DNA of 56,431 nucleotides from a virus (lineage: Duplodnaviria > Caudoviricetes): IMG/VR virus record IMGVR_UViG_3300023214_000125, positions 1-56,431 of that record; one strand, given 5' to 3'. Shown here piece after piece: positions 36,573-44,849 of the stretch. Both the position numbers and the translations under genes were made by a program. How positions within the stretch are numbered: position 1 is the first letter of the stretch; the number at the start of each line of letters is the position of its first letter. Under the pieces are notes generated by a model. It saw nothing but the letters and a program-made list of their open reading frames with translations. It was not told the DNA's origin and did not search any database.

Positions 36573-36893
36573 TTATCGCTCCAGCTCTGCATTAACGATG
36601 CGGGCAACAGCTTTTTTCACTGAGTCTTCAACGGCATCTGCATCAAAGCGCTTTGTTCCTAGTTCTGTGCGATACGCCGGTATCATAAGTGCGTGTTGTG
36701 CTATAGTGCACAACGCATCTAGGTGACTGTCCCGGGCGATCTCGGCTTGCTCAAGCCGAGCATCTGCCACGTGCGCAGCGACGTAGCAGATGTCGCTATC
36801 TTCTATTCTGTCACTGCACCACGTGACGCTCGTCTCGTGGTCGGCGTCGCTCACCTGCAAGTAAATTACTTCTGGTTCTTTCCATTTCGACAT
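36573..36893 (-). CDS. Hypothetical protein
   Basis: 106 aa, SD AAGGAG. Confidence 0.65.
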   Translation of the reverse strand: MSKWKEPEVIYLQVSDADHETSVTWCSDRIEDSDICYVAAHVADARLEQAEIARDSHLDALCTIAQHALMIPAYRTELGTKRFDADAVEDSVKKAVARIVNAELER

Positions 36894-36917
36894 GATTATC
36901 TCCTTTTTATCTACTGA

Positions 36918-37098
36918 TTATTTATCAAAATCCGAAGTCAACCACTGGTACATCAAGCGCAAGCGGTGGATGTACTCCCCCACCTTCGTGGGGTCTTTGC
37001 CTACCACCCAGCTCAAGATAGGTGCAGCGTCGACAAATCGCCCATCCTTGTACACCGCACCGGCGCAAAAGTGCGGCGCGAACAAGATTTAGGTCCAT
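36918..37098 (-). pseudogene. Small phage gene (APHFCAG...AAPIL) with apparent 1-nt frameshift near the start
   Basis: ATG 37098 behind a G-rich SD is one nucleotide out of frame with LFAPHFCAGAVYKDGRFVDAAPILSW...; alternative TTG start at 37085. Confidence 0.4.
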
Positions 37099-37107
37099 AT
37101 ACCCCCC

Positions 37108-37461
37108 CTACTGAAACGGATCCCAGCGGCCCAGGATCTCAAAAATCACGTCGACGTGGCACGGATCGTCATCCCCGCACCAGCACGCCAGGTTGCACCC
37201 CCGGAGTGGCTGGAGCCACTCCGGATCGTCGCTCAGTTCTTGCCATGCATACGCGCGATACAGATCGCACGCAACAGTCGCGGCTTCACCCTTTGTCTCC
37301 TGGAACGGGGCCACCAGCACGCCATTGCGGAAGACGCCCCAGCAGTTGCCATGGCGCTCTATCACATACGGGTTCCCCCATTGCGTCCCCCTGCCGACGT
37401 ACTTGGTGTTCACCGGCATCCGCCAACCGCGCTTTTGCTTTCGTTGCACTCGCTCGGTCAT
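37108..37461 (-). CDS. DUF4326-like protein
   Basis: YVGRGTQWGNPY and LRGCNLACWC...PCH motifs. Confidence 0.8.
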   Translation of the reverse strand: MTERVQRKQKRGWRMPVNTKYVGRGTQWGNPYVIERHGNCWGVFRNGVLVAPFQETKGEAATVACDLYRAYAWQELSDDPEWLQPLRGCNLACWCGDDDPCHVDVIFEILGRWDPFQ

Positions 37462-37856
37462 GTTATCTCTCCAACATTGACGATGCGGTACAATTGCGTC
37501 CGCACTCGCGCAAATCTGCGCGCCCGGGTACATCTACTCTGGTACAACTCCCAATACTCAGCATATACCCGGTCTGCTTCCTTTTGGGCGCGGTACACTA
37601 AATCATCGCGCCCAATACGACGTGCGTTGGACGCCGCATCGGAAAGGGATTCATACGCATTTTTTAGCGCGTCCTCCGCTATTATCTCCTGGCGCACTGC
37701 CTCCTGCTCGGTCGTAAGAGATTCCAACAGAGCATCATAGGCATCTGCTTCTACCCATACGGCATCACAAGGCTTTCCCGAGTCATTCTCCCCTTGCCGC
37801 ATACCTACCACTTCGAGTGTATTCGGATCTACTGCTACCCAACTATTATTGTCCAT
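37458..37856 (-). CDS. Hypothetical protein
   Basis: Start reset to MDNNSW behind GAGGA. Confidence 0.6.
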   Translation of the reverse strand: MDNNSWVAVDPNTLEVVGMRQGENDSGKPCDAVWVEADAYDALLESLTTEQEAVRQEIIAEDALKNAYESLSDAASNARRIGRDDLVYRAQKEADRVYAEYWELYQSRCTRARRFARVRTQLYRIVNVGEIT

Positions 37857-38055
37857 GATTCCTCGAGATGATCTCGATCTGCACACCAACGCAATCTCGA
37901 ACGTCCGCGCCGCTAGCGAGCGTAGCGATGCAGTCCGGCGTATCGAGACAAATGCAATCGCCAGTATCCTCGACTTCAATCTTCACAGTTCCGCTGCGGC
38001 CATGCAGCACTATGATTTGCTTGTCATCTCTGATAGGTATCACTTCAATCTTCAT
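37846..38055 (-). CDS. Hypothetical protein, paralog B
   Basis: Paralog of 36337..36570. Confidence 0.65.
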   Translation of the reverse strand: MKIEVIPIRDDKQIIVLHGRSGTVKIEVEDTGDCICLDTPDCIATLASGADVRDCVGVQIEIISRNHGQ

Positions 38056-38106
38056 GGTTATTTCCTGTACGTGGTTATCGCGCATCATCATCCTCTGAAT
38101 TTTGCG

Positions 38107-38481
38107 TCACTTTCTTCGAATGCTTACCGATGGCTTGCCGATTTTCCGGAATTGCTCGATTTCCGGATGAGCTGCTGCATATCCGTCGAGCTCTTTTGTA
38201 TTCCAGCTCACACGGGGTCTGTTGTACACGGCGATGTACGCCCCTTTTACGGTTTCCCCAAGGCTCAGCGTGAGTTGCTTCACGTCGTCCTCTACGGATG
38301 CAATGATTGCGTCGAGACCCTGGGCTATTGGGTCGAATTCTGCATCAATTTCTCGCAACTTTTCCTTAATCTCATCGGTCAGGACGCCGTCAATGGCAGC
38401 CTGCTTGTCGCGCTCGACCGACTGCTTCTGCGCGTCAAAATCCTGCAATTCGTCCAATTTTTCCAAAATTTGCTCACTCAT
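38107..38481 (-). CDS. Gam/Gp157-like coiled-coil protein
   Basis: Helical N-terminus, VSW...PSVSIR C-terminus, adjacent to ERF. Confidence 0.5.
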   Translation of the reverse strand: MSEQILEKLDELQDFDAQKQSVERDKQAAIDGVLTDEIKEKLREIDAEFDPIAQGLDAIIASVEDDVKQLTLSLGETVKGAYIAVYNRPRVSWNTKELDGYAAAHPEIEQFRKIGKPSVSIRRK

Positions 38482-38555
38482 GATTCTCTCCTATTGAACT
38501 GTGAATTGATTGTGTACGAAAGCCCGCCCAGGTCGCCCCAGGCGGGCACGGTCCC

Positions 38556-39227
38556 TCACGCAGCGACGGTTTGCGGCGTTTTGAAGGCATTGCGGTGTTT
38601 CTCCATGCCTTCTATGAGCACAGTCATCTGGTCCACCGTCAGGTCGGCGCTGCTCGTCGTCGCGCCCTTCGTCACCGCGTTCACAAGCGCGTGACGCTTG
38701 GCGTCCCAGCCGTCACCGTACAATTCGGTGCCGAGCGCGTGAAACCGCTTGCGCAGCCGCTCGGCTTCCTCACCGGGCTGGCGTTGCGGCGGTGTGCCAT
38801 TGCTGCGCCGCTGCGTTGCCTGCGGTGCGCGCCCGCTCGCCGCGTTGCCGTCGTCGTCTTCCGGCGCGAGTCCGGCCATCGTCATCAGCAGGTAGCGCCG
38901 CCCATAGGTGATGGCGCTGCCGATGTCCTGCGGAGTTTCTTTGACGGGACGCAGTGCCAGCTCTTCCACGAAGCTCTCACCGCTCTCCGCGTGGTAAAGT
39001 TCCGTGCGCACCACCACGCGAAGGCCGCGCTCACCGTCCTCTGTGCGCGCCGACTGAAACACAGCGACACCATTTTCAGCCAGCGGGCGCAAGCACGTCG
39101 CATTGACTGCGGCCAGCGTTGCATACTTGCTGCGAAAATGCGGATTCGTCCCGTCCACGTACAGCCCGTCCATGGACTGCTGCGCCTTGATTAGCGCAGC
39201 AGCCAGTGCTTTTTTGTCGCTCATCAC
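38556..39227 (-). CDS. erf: ERF-family ssDNA annealing protein
   Basis: NPHFRSKYATL and GSAITYGRRY...EDDDG motifs. Confidence 0.92.
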   Translation of the reverse strand: MMSDKKALAAALIKAQQSMDGLYVDGTNPHFRSKYATLAAVNATCLRPLAENGVAVFQSARTEDGERGLRVVVRTELYHAESGESFVEELALRPVKETPQDIGSAITYGRRYLLMTMAGLAPEDDDGNAASGRAPQATQRRSNGTPPQRQPGEEAERLRKRFHALGTELYGDGWDAKRHALVNAVTKGATTSSADLTVDQMTVLIEGMEKHRNAFKTPQTVAA

Positions 39228-39243
39228 TCACCTCGTCTATGTG

Positions 39244-39552
39244 CTACCCGTAGCGCTCGGCGTATCCCACCGGCTCGGCCTCGTCGTTCTCCGTGCCCGC
39301 CACGAGCGGCGTCAACGTGCCCGCTCGGAGTTCGGCCAAAATATCGTCCAGCCCGGCGGCGATGTCGTCTGCGGTTTGCGCTGGCATCTCGTCCTGGGGC
39401 AGATGGGCGAACCAACTCGCCACCGTGTCCTCGTCTGGGCGGGGTAGCTGCCAACCCAGCTCTGCATCGTCGTCTACCATCGCCCGCTCCTGCGCACGCT
39501 CGCACCGCTGCGCTTCGCGCTCCTGCCAAACTGTGTTCATGTCCACAATCAT
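39244..39552 (-). CDS. Acidic hypothetical protein
   Basis: First gene after the leftward promoter, SD AAGGA. Confidence 0.6.
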   Translation of the reverse strand: MIVDMNTVWQEREAQRCERAQERAMVDDDAELGWQLPRPDEDTVASWFAHLPQDEMPAQTADDIAAGLDDILAELRAGTLTPLVAGTENDEAEPVGYAERYG

Positions 39553-39650
39553 GGTAAAATTCCTTTCGTCTCTTGTTTTGACACGCCCGTCCCGGTGGTC
39601 GTGCACCGGGCGGGCTTTTTTTCGTTCCTCGGTCCTGCCCTATGTGGTCC

Positions 39651-39679
39651 AGTATATCACAATTACTCTACATTGTCAA
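39651..39679 (-). promoter_or_regulatory. Leftward promoter of divergent pair
   Basis: TTGACA-17bp-TATACT with extended TG. Confidence 0.85.
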
Positions 39680-39711
39680 GCAGCAATCTACATTCTTCCC
39701 GAAATTGCTTA

Positions 39712-39740
39712 TTGACAAATGCAAATCCATGGTGTACCAT
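39712..39740 (+). promoter_or_regulatory. Rightward promoter of divergent pair
   Basis: TTGACA-17bp-TACCAT. Confidence 0.7.
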
Positions 39741-39777
39741 GTAAAGGAATATATGAAATATAAAAAAGGAAGCTGAC

Positions 39778-40014
39778 ATGATAATCAACCGGCGAAAAGT
39801 TCGCATCCTCATGGCGGAGCATGACATCGCTAGCCAATCGGGATTGGCGGAGAGAATCGGGGTAACACGCGGAGCGGTGAGCAACTGGATGAATGGCGGC
39901 AATATTAGCGGAGACAATGCGCTTATATTGGCCAACATTCTGCAATGTAGCCTGGATGACATTGTTGAATGCTACTCTGACCACCCGGAGGCCGTCGCCC
40001 TGGTCGCCGCGTAG
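39778..40014 (+). CDS. XRE/Cro-like HTH regulator
   Basis: SQSGLAERIGVTRGAVSNWMNG...LANILQCSLDDI. Confidence 0.9.
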   Translation: MIINRRKVRILMAEHDIASQSGLAERIGVTRGAVSNWMNGGNISGDNALILANILQCSLDDIVECYSDHPEAVALVAA

Positions 40015-40023
40015 CAGGCCATT

Positions 40024-40061
40024 TCTGCGCTGCGCCCAATGCGCATTGGGCGCAGCGCAGA
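40024..40061. repeat. Perfect 38-bp palindrome
   Basis: TCTGCGCTGCGCCCAATGC|GCATTGGGCGCAGCGCAGA with no spacer. Confidence 0.9.
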
Positions 40062-40541
40062 GCCAGCGACATCAACCCTATTCGGGGGTGCGCGCAGCTT
40101 GACACCCTGCCTAGTCGCTGGCTTTAGGTGCATCGCCTGTCCTACACTGTCTCGGTCGTTCGCCATGACCAAAATGGCGCTTCTGCGTCGCGGCGACCAG
40201 GATGCGTGACGCCGGGCGATGCACCGCTCGCCGAAATGTACCCAGCCTGTCTCCCTAATCTGTAGCATCCCCCGTTCACAGATTTTTATCAATTTAGCCA
40301 AAAAGAGGAGTAAGCCACGGGGAGAGGCGGCTTTGATATCCCCGCTAGCCTGGTTCCGCCCATACAGGCCGGTAGCACCGACGCACGCATGGGCGCGTCG
40401 TGCTGTGGACTCCTCTGGTTTTGCAGTGTGTGGACCCGGGGTGCGTCTGCTCCTGTGGCGCACCCCTCCCGGCATCATCAACGATGTTTGGTGGTGCTGG
40501 GCGGGTAGTCAGCTCTGCGGCGTCCCCCAACGCCACTGACT

Positions 40542-40667
40542 AGTGGCAAAATTGTTCGTAAGGACTTGAGTATTCGTATTCATGAGTGCCCTTATGCCTT
40601 GGGAGATATGAGACTCGTTGGAGACTCAGCCCAGGAAGCCCAACAGCTTTAGCGTTGGGTAGCTCAC
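40542..40667 (+). pseudogene. Truncated tnpB 3' end with IS200/IS605 right end
   Basis: Translates SGKIVRKDLSIRIHECPY...QEAQQL*, then ends AAGCCCAACAGCTTTAGCGTTGGGTAGCTCAC. Confidence 0.7.
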
Positions 40668-40789
40668 TCGATGGCTGCGACTCCGGATACTGCTGGACGT
40701 AGCCCCATCCACACGAACGCATTGCATTACGGTGCGCTTGTGTGGGCAGTCAGCACTAGCCTGTTGGCTGTTCCGGGTGAATTGGAAGA

Positions 40790-40822
40790 TGGGGCGCGTG
40801 GAGACATGCGCCCCGATTTTTG
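40790..40822 (+). terminator. Hairpin/terminator before the VRR-NUC gene
   Basis: GGGGCGCGTG-GAGA-CATGCGCCCC then GATTTTTG. Confidence 0.5.
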
Positions 40823-40832
40823 AGGTGACATC

Positions 40833-41315
40833 ATGCCAAAACTGTTTGGAATGAACGTTTCAGACCACGTGTACCAACTCAACAAAGGGCGCATCCAGTC
40901 CCCGCGCCGCCGCAACTCCGCTGCAACGCCAGCGCAACGCTCAGAACATGACGAGCAAGCCAAACTATTTGAATGGGCCGAGCGCAACATGCAGCGATAC
41001 CCCGACCTGTGGCTATTGCACGCCATCCCCAACGGCGGGCATCGTCACCCGGCGGTCGCGGCCAAACTCAAGGCGGAAGGCGTCAAGAGCGGCGTGCCGG
41101 ACGTGTGCCTACCGGTGCCGCGTGGATCGTACTGTGGCCTGTACATCGAGATGAAGGTCGGTCGAAACAAGCCAACCGACAGCCAGGCCGAATGGCTAAA
41201 ACGTCTTGCGGACCAAGGCTACATGACGGCAGTGTGCTACGGATGGGTGGAAGCAAGTGAAGTGATAGAGAGGTATCTGCTATGCCGAAAACAGACAGGA
41301 AAAAGGGTGTCATAA
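40833..41315 (+). CDS. VRR-NUC domain nuclease
   Basis: EHDEQ, AIPNGG, GVPD, YIEMK and QAEWL motifs. Confidence 0.9.
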   Translation: MPKLFGMNVSDHVYQLNKGRIQSPRRRNSAATPAQRSEHDEQAKLFEWAERNMQRYPDLWLLHAIPNGGHRHPAVAAKLKAEGVKSGVPDVCLPVPRGSYCGLYIEMKVGRNKPTDSQAEWLKRLADQGYMTAVCYGWVEASEVIERYLLCRKQTGKRVS

Positions 41316-42049
41316 ACAAGACACCCAATACATGCAAACAGTGCGGAACAATATTTCACACATTCCCATCACGGAAAAGAGCATTCTGCAATCGCGAATG
41401 CTACGAGAAATCACGTGGCGGAAAATCACAGTTCACCTGCACCCAATGCAGACAGCCATTCAAAGTTTACACATCTGATATCGAAAGCAATCGGCGCGAA
41501 ATAGATTATTGCTCTCGGGAATGTCTTGACGCCAGTGGTCGCGTCGAACAACAGTGTCCTCACTGCAAAAAACTCTTCAGCACACACAAGAGCCGTCGTG
41601 CCTCCGGCAAGGATAAATACTGCTCAATGGAATGCAGAATGGCCGACAACCCCGCTATGGGCGGCAGCGTTGAGCGAACATGCAAAACATGTAACACCCC
41701 GTTCCGTGTTCACCCATATACGGTTGAAAGAGGCGGCGGGGTCTTTTGTAGTAAGACATGCTCAAAAACAGCAGATAACAACCCTCAATGGATAGCTGGG
41801 CACACAATCGAGTATCCCACTGAGTGGAATAGAAAACTGCGGAGAAAAATCAGAAAACGCGACCAACACGCATGCCAACTGTGCGGCGAACGCGGAAAAG
41901 ACGTACATCACATCGACTACGACAAGCAGAATTGCTCACCGCAAAATCTAATTACGCTATGTCACCCATGCCACAGCAAGACAAACACAAATCGCGACGA
42001 ATGGATGAAAAAGTTTCAGGAGGCTATGTCATGCAGGGATATCGGATGA
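41282..42049 (+). CDS. HNH endonuclease with Zn-finger repeats
   Basis: Repeated CxxC...YCSxEC units; RDQHACQLCG...VHHID...NLITLCHPCH. Confidence 0.9.
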   Translation: MPKTDRKKGVINKTPNTCKQCGTIFHTFPSRKRAFCNRECYEKSRGGKSQFTCTQCRQPFKVYTSDIESNRREIDYCSRECLDASGRVEQQCPHCKKLFSTHKSRRASGKDKYCSMECRMADNPAMGGSVERTCKTCNTPFRVHPYTVERGGGVFCSKTCSKTADNNPQWIAGHTIEYPTEWNRKLRRKIRKRDQHACQLCGERGKDVHHIDYDKQNCSPQNLITLCHPCHSKTNTNRDEWMKKFQEAMSCRDIG

Positions 42050-42116
42050 TCCGACTGACGAGCGAACAGCTACAGCCTGCCTACCTGGACAGAATTATCG
42101 AATGGATGAGGAAATT

Positions 42117-42311
42117 ATGACCGCTGCAAAAATCGTCATGGCATGGTACGAACGACACCGCAGCAATGAGGACTACCCATTCACTATCCCGAATAAATCG
42201 TTGGTCGCGCTGACCACCATGATACGCACCGAACTGGAGCGCCTCCAGGCCCAGATTGACGAGCGCGACGCGGAGCAGTTAGCGCCGCCGACAGACGAGG
42301 AGGAATCGTAA
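42117..42311 (+). CDS. Hypothetical protein
   Basis: SD GAGGA, 64 aa. Confidence 0.55.
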   Translation: MTAAKIVMAWYERHRSNEDYPFTIPNKSLVALTTMIRTELERLQAQIDERDAEQLAPPTDEEES

Positions 42312-43112
42312 ATGCATATCAATGCTATTTCGTGTGGTCAAGGCGCGCCGTCTTTGTTTCTCATCGTAGCCGCCGCCGAACTACGCCTGTTTGACGCGAC
42401 GATAGTCATCGTCGCAGACACAGGATGGGAAAATGACATGCTGTGGGATGATGGCCAACGCACAGATGCCCGTGCGTTTTTCGAGGAAGTGACGCAGCCG
42501 CTTGCGGAAGAGTACGGAATGCAGGCCGTATTTGTGCGGTCACTCGACAAGCACGGCAGGGCGTATCCTGATTTGCAAGATGCGCAGTTCTTGCAAAACA
42601 AGCGCGGCAAAGTATCTATTGATGTGCCTATGTTCGGTAGTCGTGGCGGCCGACTGAATCAGTCCTGCACTAGCAAATGGAAAGTGCAGGCAATTCGGCA
42701 GGAACTACGCAGACGCGGGGCGAAAACAGCCACGTCTCATCTGGGAATCACTCTGGAAGAAATACACAGAATGAAACCCAGTGATGTGCAGTGGAATGAC
42801 AACAAATATCCACTCGTGATGAACGAAAAAAATATACGCTTTCATCGCGCATCGTGCATTAAGCATTTAGAGGATCGCAATATCCCGTATCTCGTCACCA
42901 CCGAATGCGATGGCTGTCCACACAAAGACCCGGCCCGGTGGCGTCGCACCTCCAAAGACACTCTCAAAGAAGTCGCGGAATGGGAAGAGCAATTCGGCGA
43001 TGAATATTTTCTCACTCGCTCCTGCATCCCGCTTCTAGAAGCAGTGCAGGGGATGGAAGACGCCGAATCAATGGCATTCGATAGCTGTGACAGTGGATAC
43101 TGTTTTGTCTAG
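42312..43112 (+). CDS. PAPS-reductase-like (PP-loop) protein
   Basis: SCGQGAPS, ADTGWE, CTSKWK, YPL, CDGCP and terminal CDSGYCF motifs. Confidence 0.7.
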   Translation: MHINAISCGQGAPSLFLIVAAAELRLFDATIVIVADTGWENDMLWDDGQRTDARAFFEEVTQPLAEEYGMQAVFVRSLDKHGRAYPDLQDAQFLQNKRGKVSIDVPMFGSRGGRLNQSCTSKWKVQAIRQELRRRGAKTATSHLGITLEEIHRMKPSDVQWNDNKYPLVMNEKNIRFHRASCIKHLEDRNIPYLVTTECDGCPHKDPARWRRTSKDTLKEVAEWEEQFGDEYFLTRSCIPLLEAVQGMEDAESMAFDSCDSGYCFV

Positions 43113-43121
43113 GAGGGACGA

Positions 43122-43478
43122 ATGAAAATCGGGACCATTTTACGCATTGACCACGCTGCATACGGTCGCTACGCCATCGTCGTGTGCGCCAACAAGAGCC
43201 GCATCGTCGTAGTGAGTGAAAGCGATATGGAATTGAAGTACGACCCGAACGACGCGGCGGAATTCGAGGTCGTAGGGCAGCTGGTGGTGGGCGCGCAGTA
43301 CAGCCACGGTGGACCACGCAAGTTCCGCCGCGTCGTGCTGCAAGATTTGCGGCAGGAGCGGCAAAAAATCAAAAAGCAAATCGACGTACGCGTGGACAAT
43401 ACAGACGGCTCAACAGAAACAAGCATTCCAATCATTCGTCTGCGCGCTTTTTATTTGTGGTGCGAGGTGCAGCCGTGA
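43122..43478 (+). CDS. Hypothetical protein
   Basis: 118 aa, SD GGAGG. Confidence 0.6.
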   Translation: MKIGTILRIDHAAYGRYAIVVCANKSRIVVVSESDMELKYDPNDAAEFEVVGQLVVGAQYSHGGPRKFRRVVLQDLRQERQKIKKQIDVRVDNTDGSTETSIPIIRLRAFYLWCEVQP

Positions 43479-43900
43479 GCGACAAAAACCTGATAGCGCC
43501 CGAACGCTGGCTCTACTGCGACGCCAGCCAGTTCGTCCAGTGGCTGAACGCAGGAATGCTCAAACCGATTGACCCGCTGGCCAACACCAGCAACAAGGGG
43601 CACCTGCGTTGGCGACATCCACGGCAGCGAGTCGTGCAGTACATGGAACAACGCGACGCGCCCGCCACGCTGCGCGACATGGCGACCAGTTTTCGCGTAT
43701 CAAAAATCGCCGTCAACCGCACAGTGAACTGCGCTGTGAAGGACCGCAAGAAGCGCGCGGCTATATCTGAGATGATTTTGCGAGGCCACTACCATGATGA
43801 TATCTGCCGTGCCGTGCCGTGCAGCAAACATTTGGTAGCGAAAGTCGTGGACGAGATGGGCCTGGGCGGTCAGCGATTTACTAGCTACGCCTGTCCGTAG
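43475..43900 (+). CDS. Putative HTH-containing protein
   Basis: GTGA-coupled start; TLRDMATSFRVSKIAV resembles an HTH. Confidence 0.5.
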   Translation: MSDKNLIAPERWLYCDASQFVQWLNAGMLKPIDPLANTSNKGHLRWRHPRQRVVQYMEQRDAPATLRDMATSFRVSKIAVNRTVNCAVKDRKKRAAISEMILRGHYHDDICRAVPCSKHLVAKVVDEMGLGGQRFTSYACP

Positions 43901-43993
43901 CCAGTAGCCCCCACCACGCGGGCGCATCCAGCCGGGTGCGTCTGCGTGGGCGACTACATGGGTAGTCGTGTAGGAGAGTAAGGACAGTAGCAA

Positions 43994-44848
43994 ATGAGTA
44001 CGTACAAAATCGCCATCAACACCATGTCAACCGGCAAACTGCCGCAGGGTGACCCACGCTGGGCGCAATTTAACGACTCATTCGAGAACATGGACCTGGA
44101 CGTGATGGACATCGCCAACTACATCTACCTGGGCCATGCCTACGCCTGTTGGTGCAGTGGCCGCCGCAATCTCGACAATTTCATGTGCGGTCAGCACATC
44201 GCCGTCGATTTGGACCAGGGCGACGAACGCAGCGACATCGAAACCCTGCGCCACGATGAATTCGTGCGCGCCTATGGCGGACTCATCCACACCACACCGT
44301 CGCACACCGACGCCGCGCCCCGCTGCCGCATTGTGTTTTTCCTCGACCGGCCCATTGCGCACCCCGCAGCCTACACCACGGCCACGACATTCTTGATAAA
44401 CCATTTCGGCAGTGACCAGAGTTGCAAGGATGCCAGTCGGTTTTTCTATGGCTCGCGCGACTGCGCAATCGCACTGCTCATGAACGAATTACCCGTGTCG
44501 CACCTGCGCACCTACTACCAGCGATGGCGAAAGACGCAGCCGAAAGCGCGCCCGATATCTACACGGAGCGAGCCATACCGAGCGCCACAGGATGCCGACC
44601 CCGCCGACGAGATGACGAAAGTTCAGCGGGCGCTCGACCGCATCGACCCGTGGGCCATCGACTACGACCAATGGGTGGCCGTGCTGGCAGCATTGCAGCA
44701 CGACCTCGGCGACGCGGCGCTACCCGTGGCCGAACAATGGGCGCAAGGGAAGCCGGGCGAGGTGGCCCGGAAGTGGAAGACGTTCGACGGGTACGCAGGG
44801 AATCGGGCGGGGCTGGGCAAGATATTTCATTTGGCAGGAAAAGAGTGA
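43994..44848 (+). CDS. AEP-type primase with PriCT-2-like domain
   Basis: IAVDLD, HTTPSH...PRCRIVF, D...KDASRFFY and YDQWVAVLAAL motifs. Confidence 0.8.
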   Translation: MSTYKIAINTMSTGKLPQGDPRWAQFNDSFENMDLDVMDIANYIYLGHAYACWCSGRRNLDNFMCGQHIAVDLDQGDERSDIETLRHDEFVRAYGGLIHTTPSHTDAAPRCRIVFFLDRPIAHPAAYTTATTFLINHFGSDQSCKDASRFFYGSRDCAIALLMNELPVSHLRTYYQRWRKTQPKARPISTRSEPYRAPQDADPADEMTKVQRALDRIDPWAIDYDQWVAVLAALQHDLGDAALPVAEQWAQGKPGEVARKWKTFDGYAGNRAGLGKIFHLAGKE

Positions 44849-44849
44849 C

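Noticed and set aside
36337-38055. Diversity-generating retroelement TR/VR pair
   Set aside because: No reverse transcriptase recognised, and differences are not confined to adenines
40130-40540. tRNA or tmRNA gene
   Set aside because: No T-loop GTTCRA or cloverleaf spacing found by eye
40668-40690. Self-targets for the TnpB guides within the phage
   Set aside because: Only 9-11 nt matches noticed (e.g. near 8669, 19719, 34662), compatible with chance; not searched exhaustively
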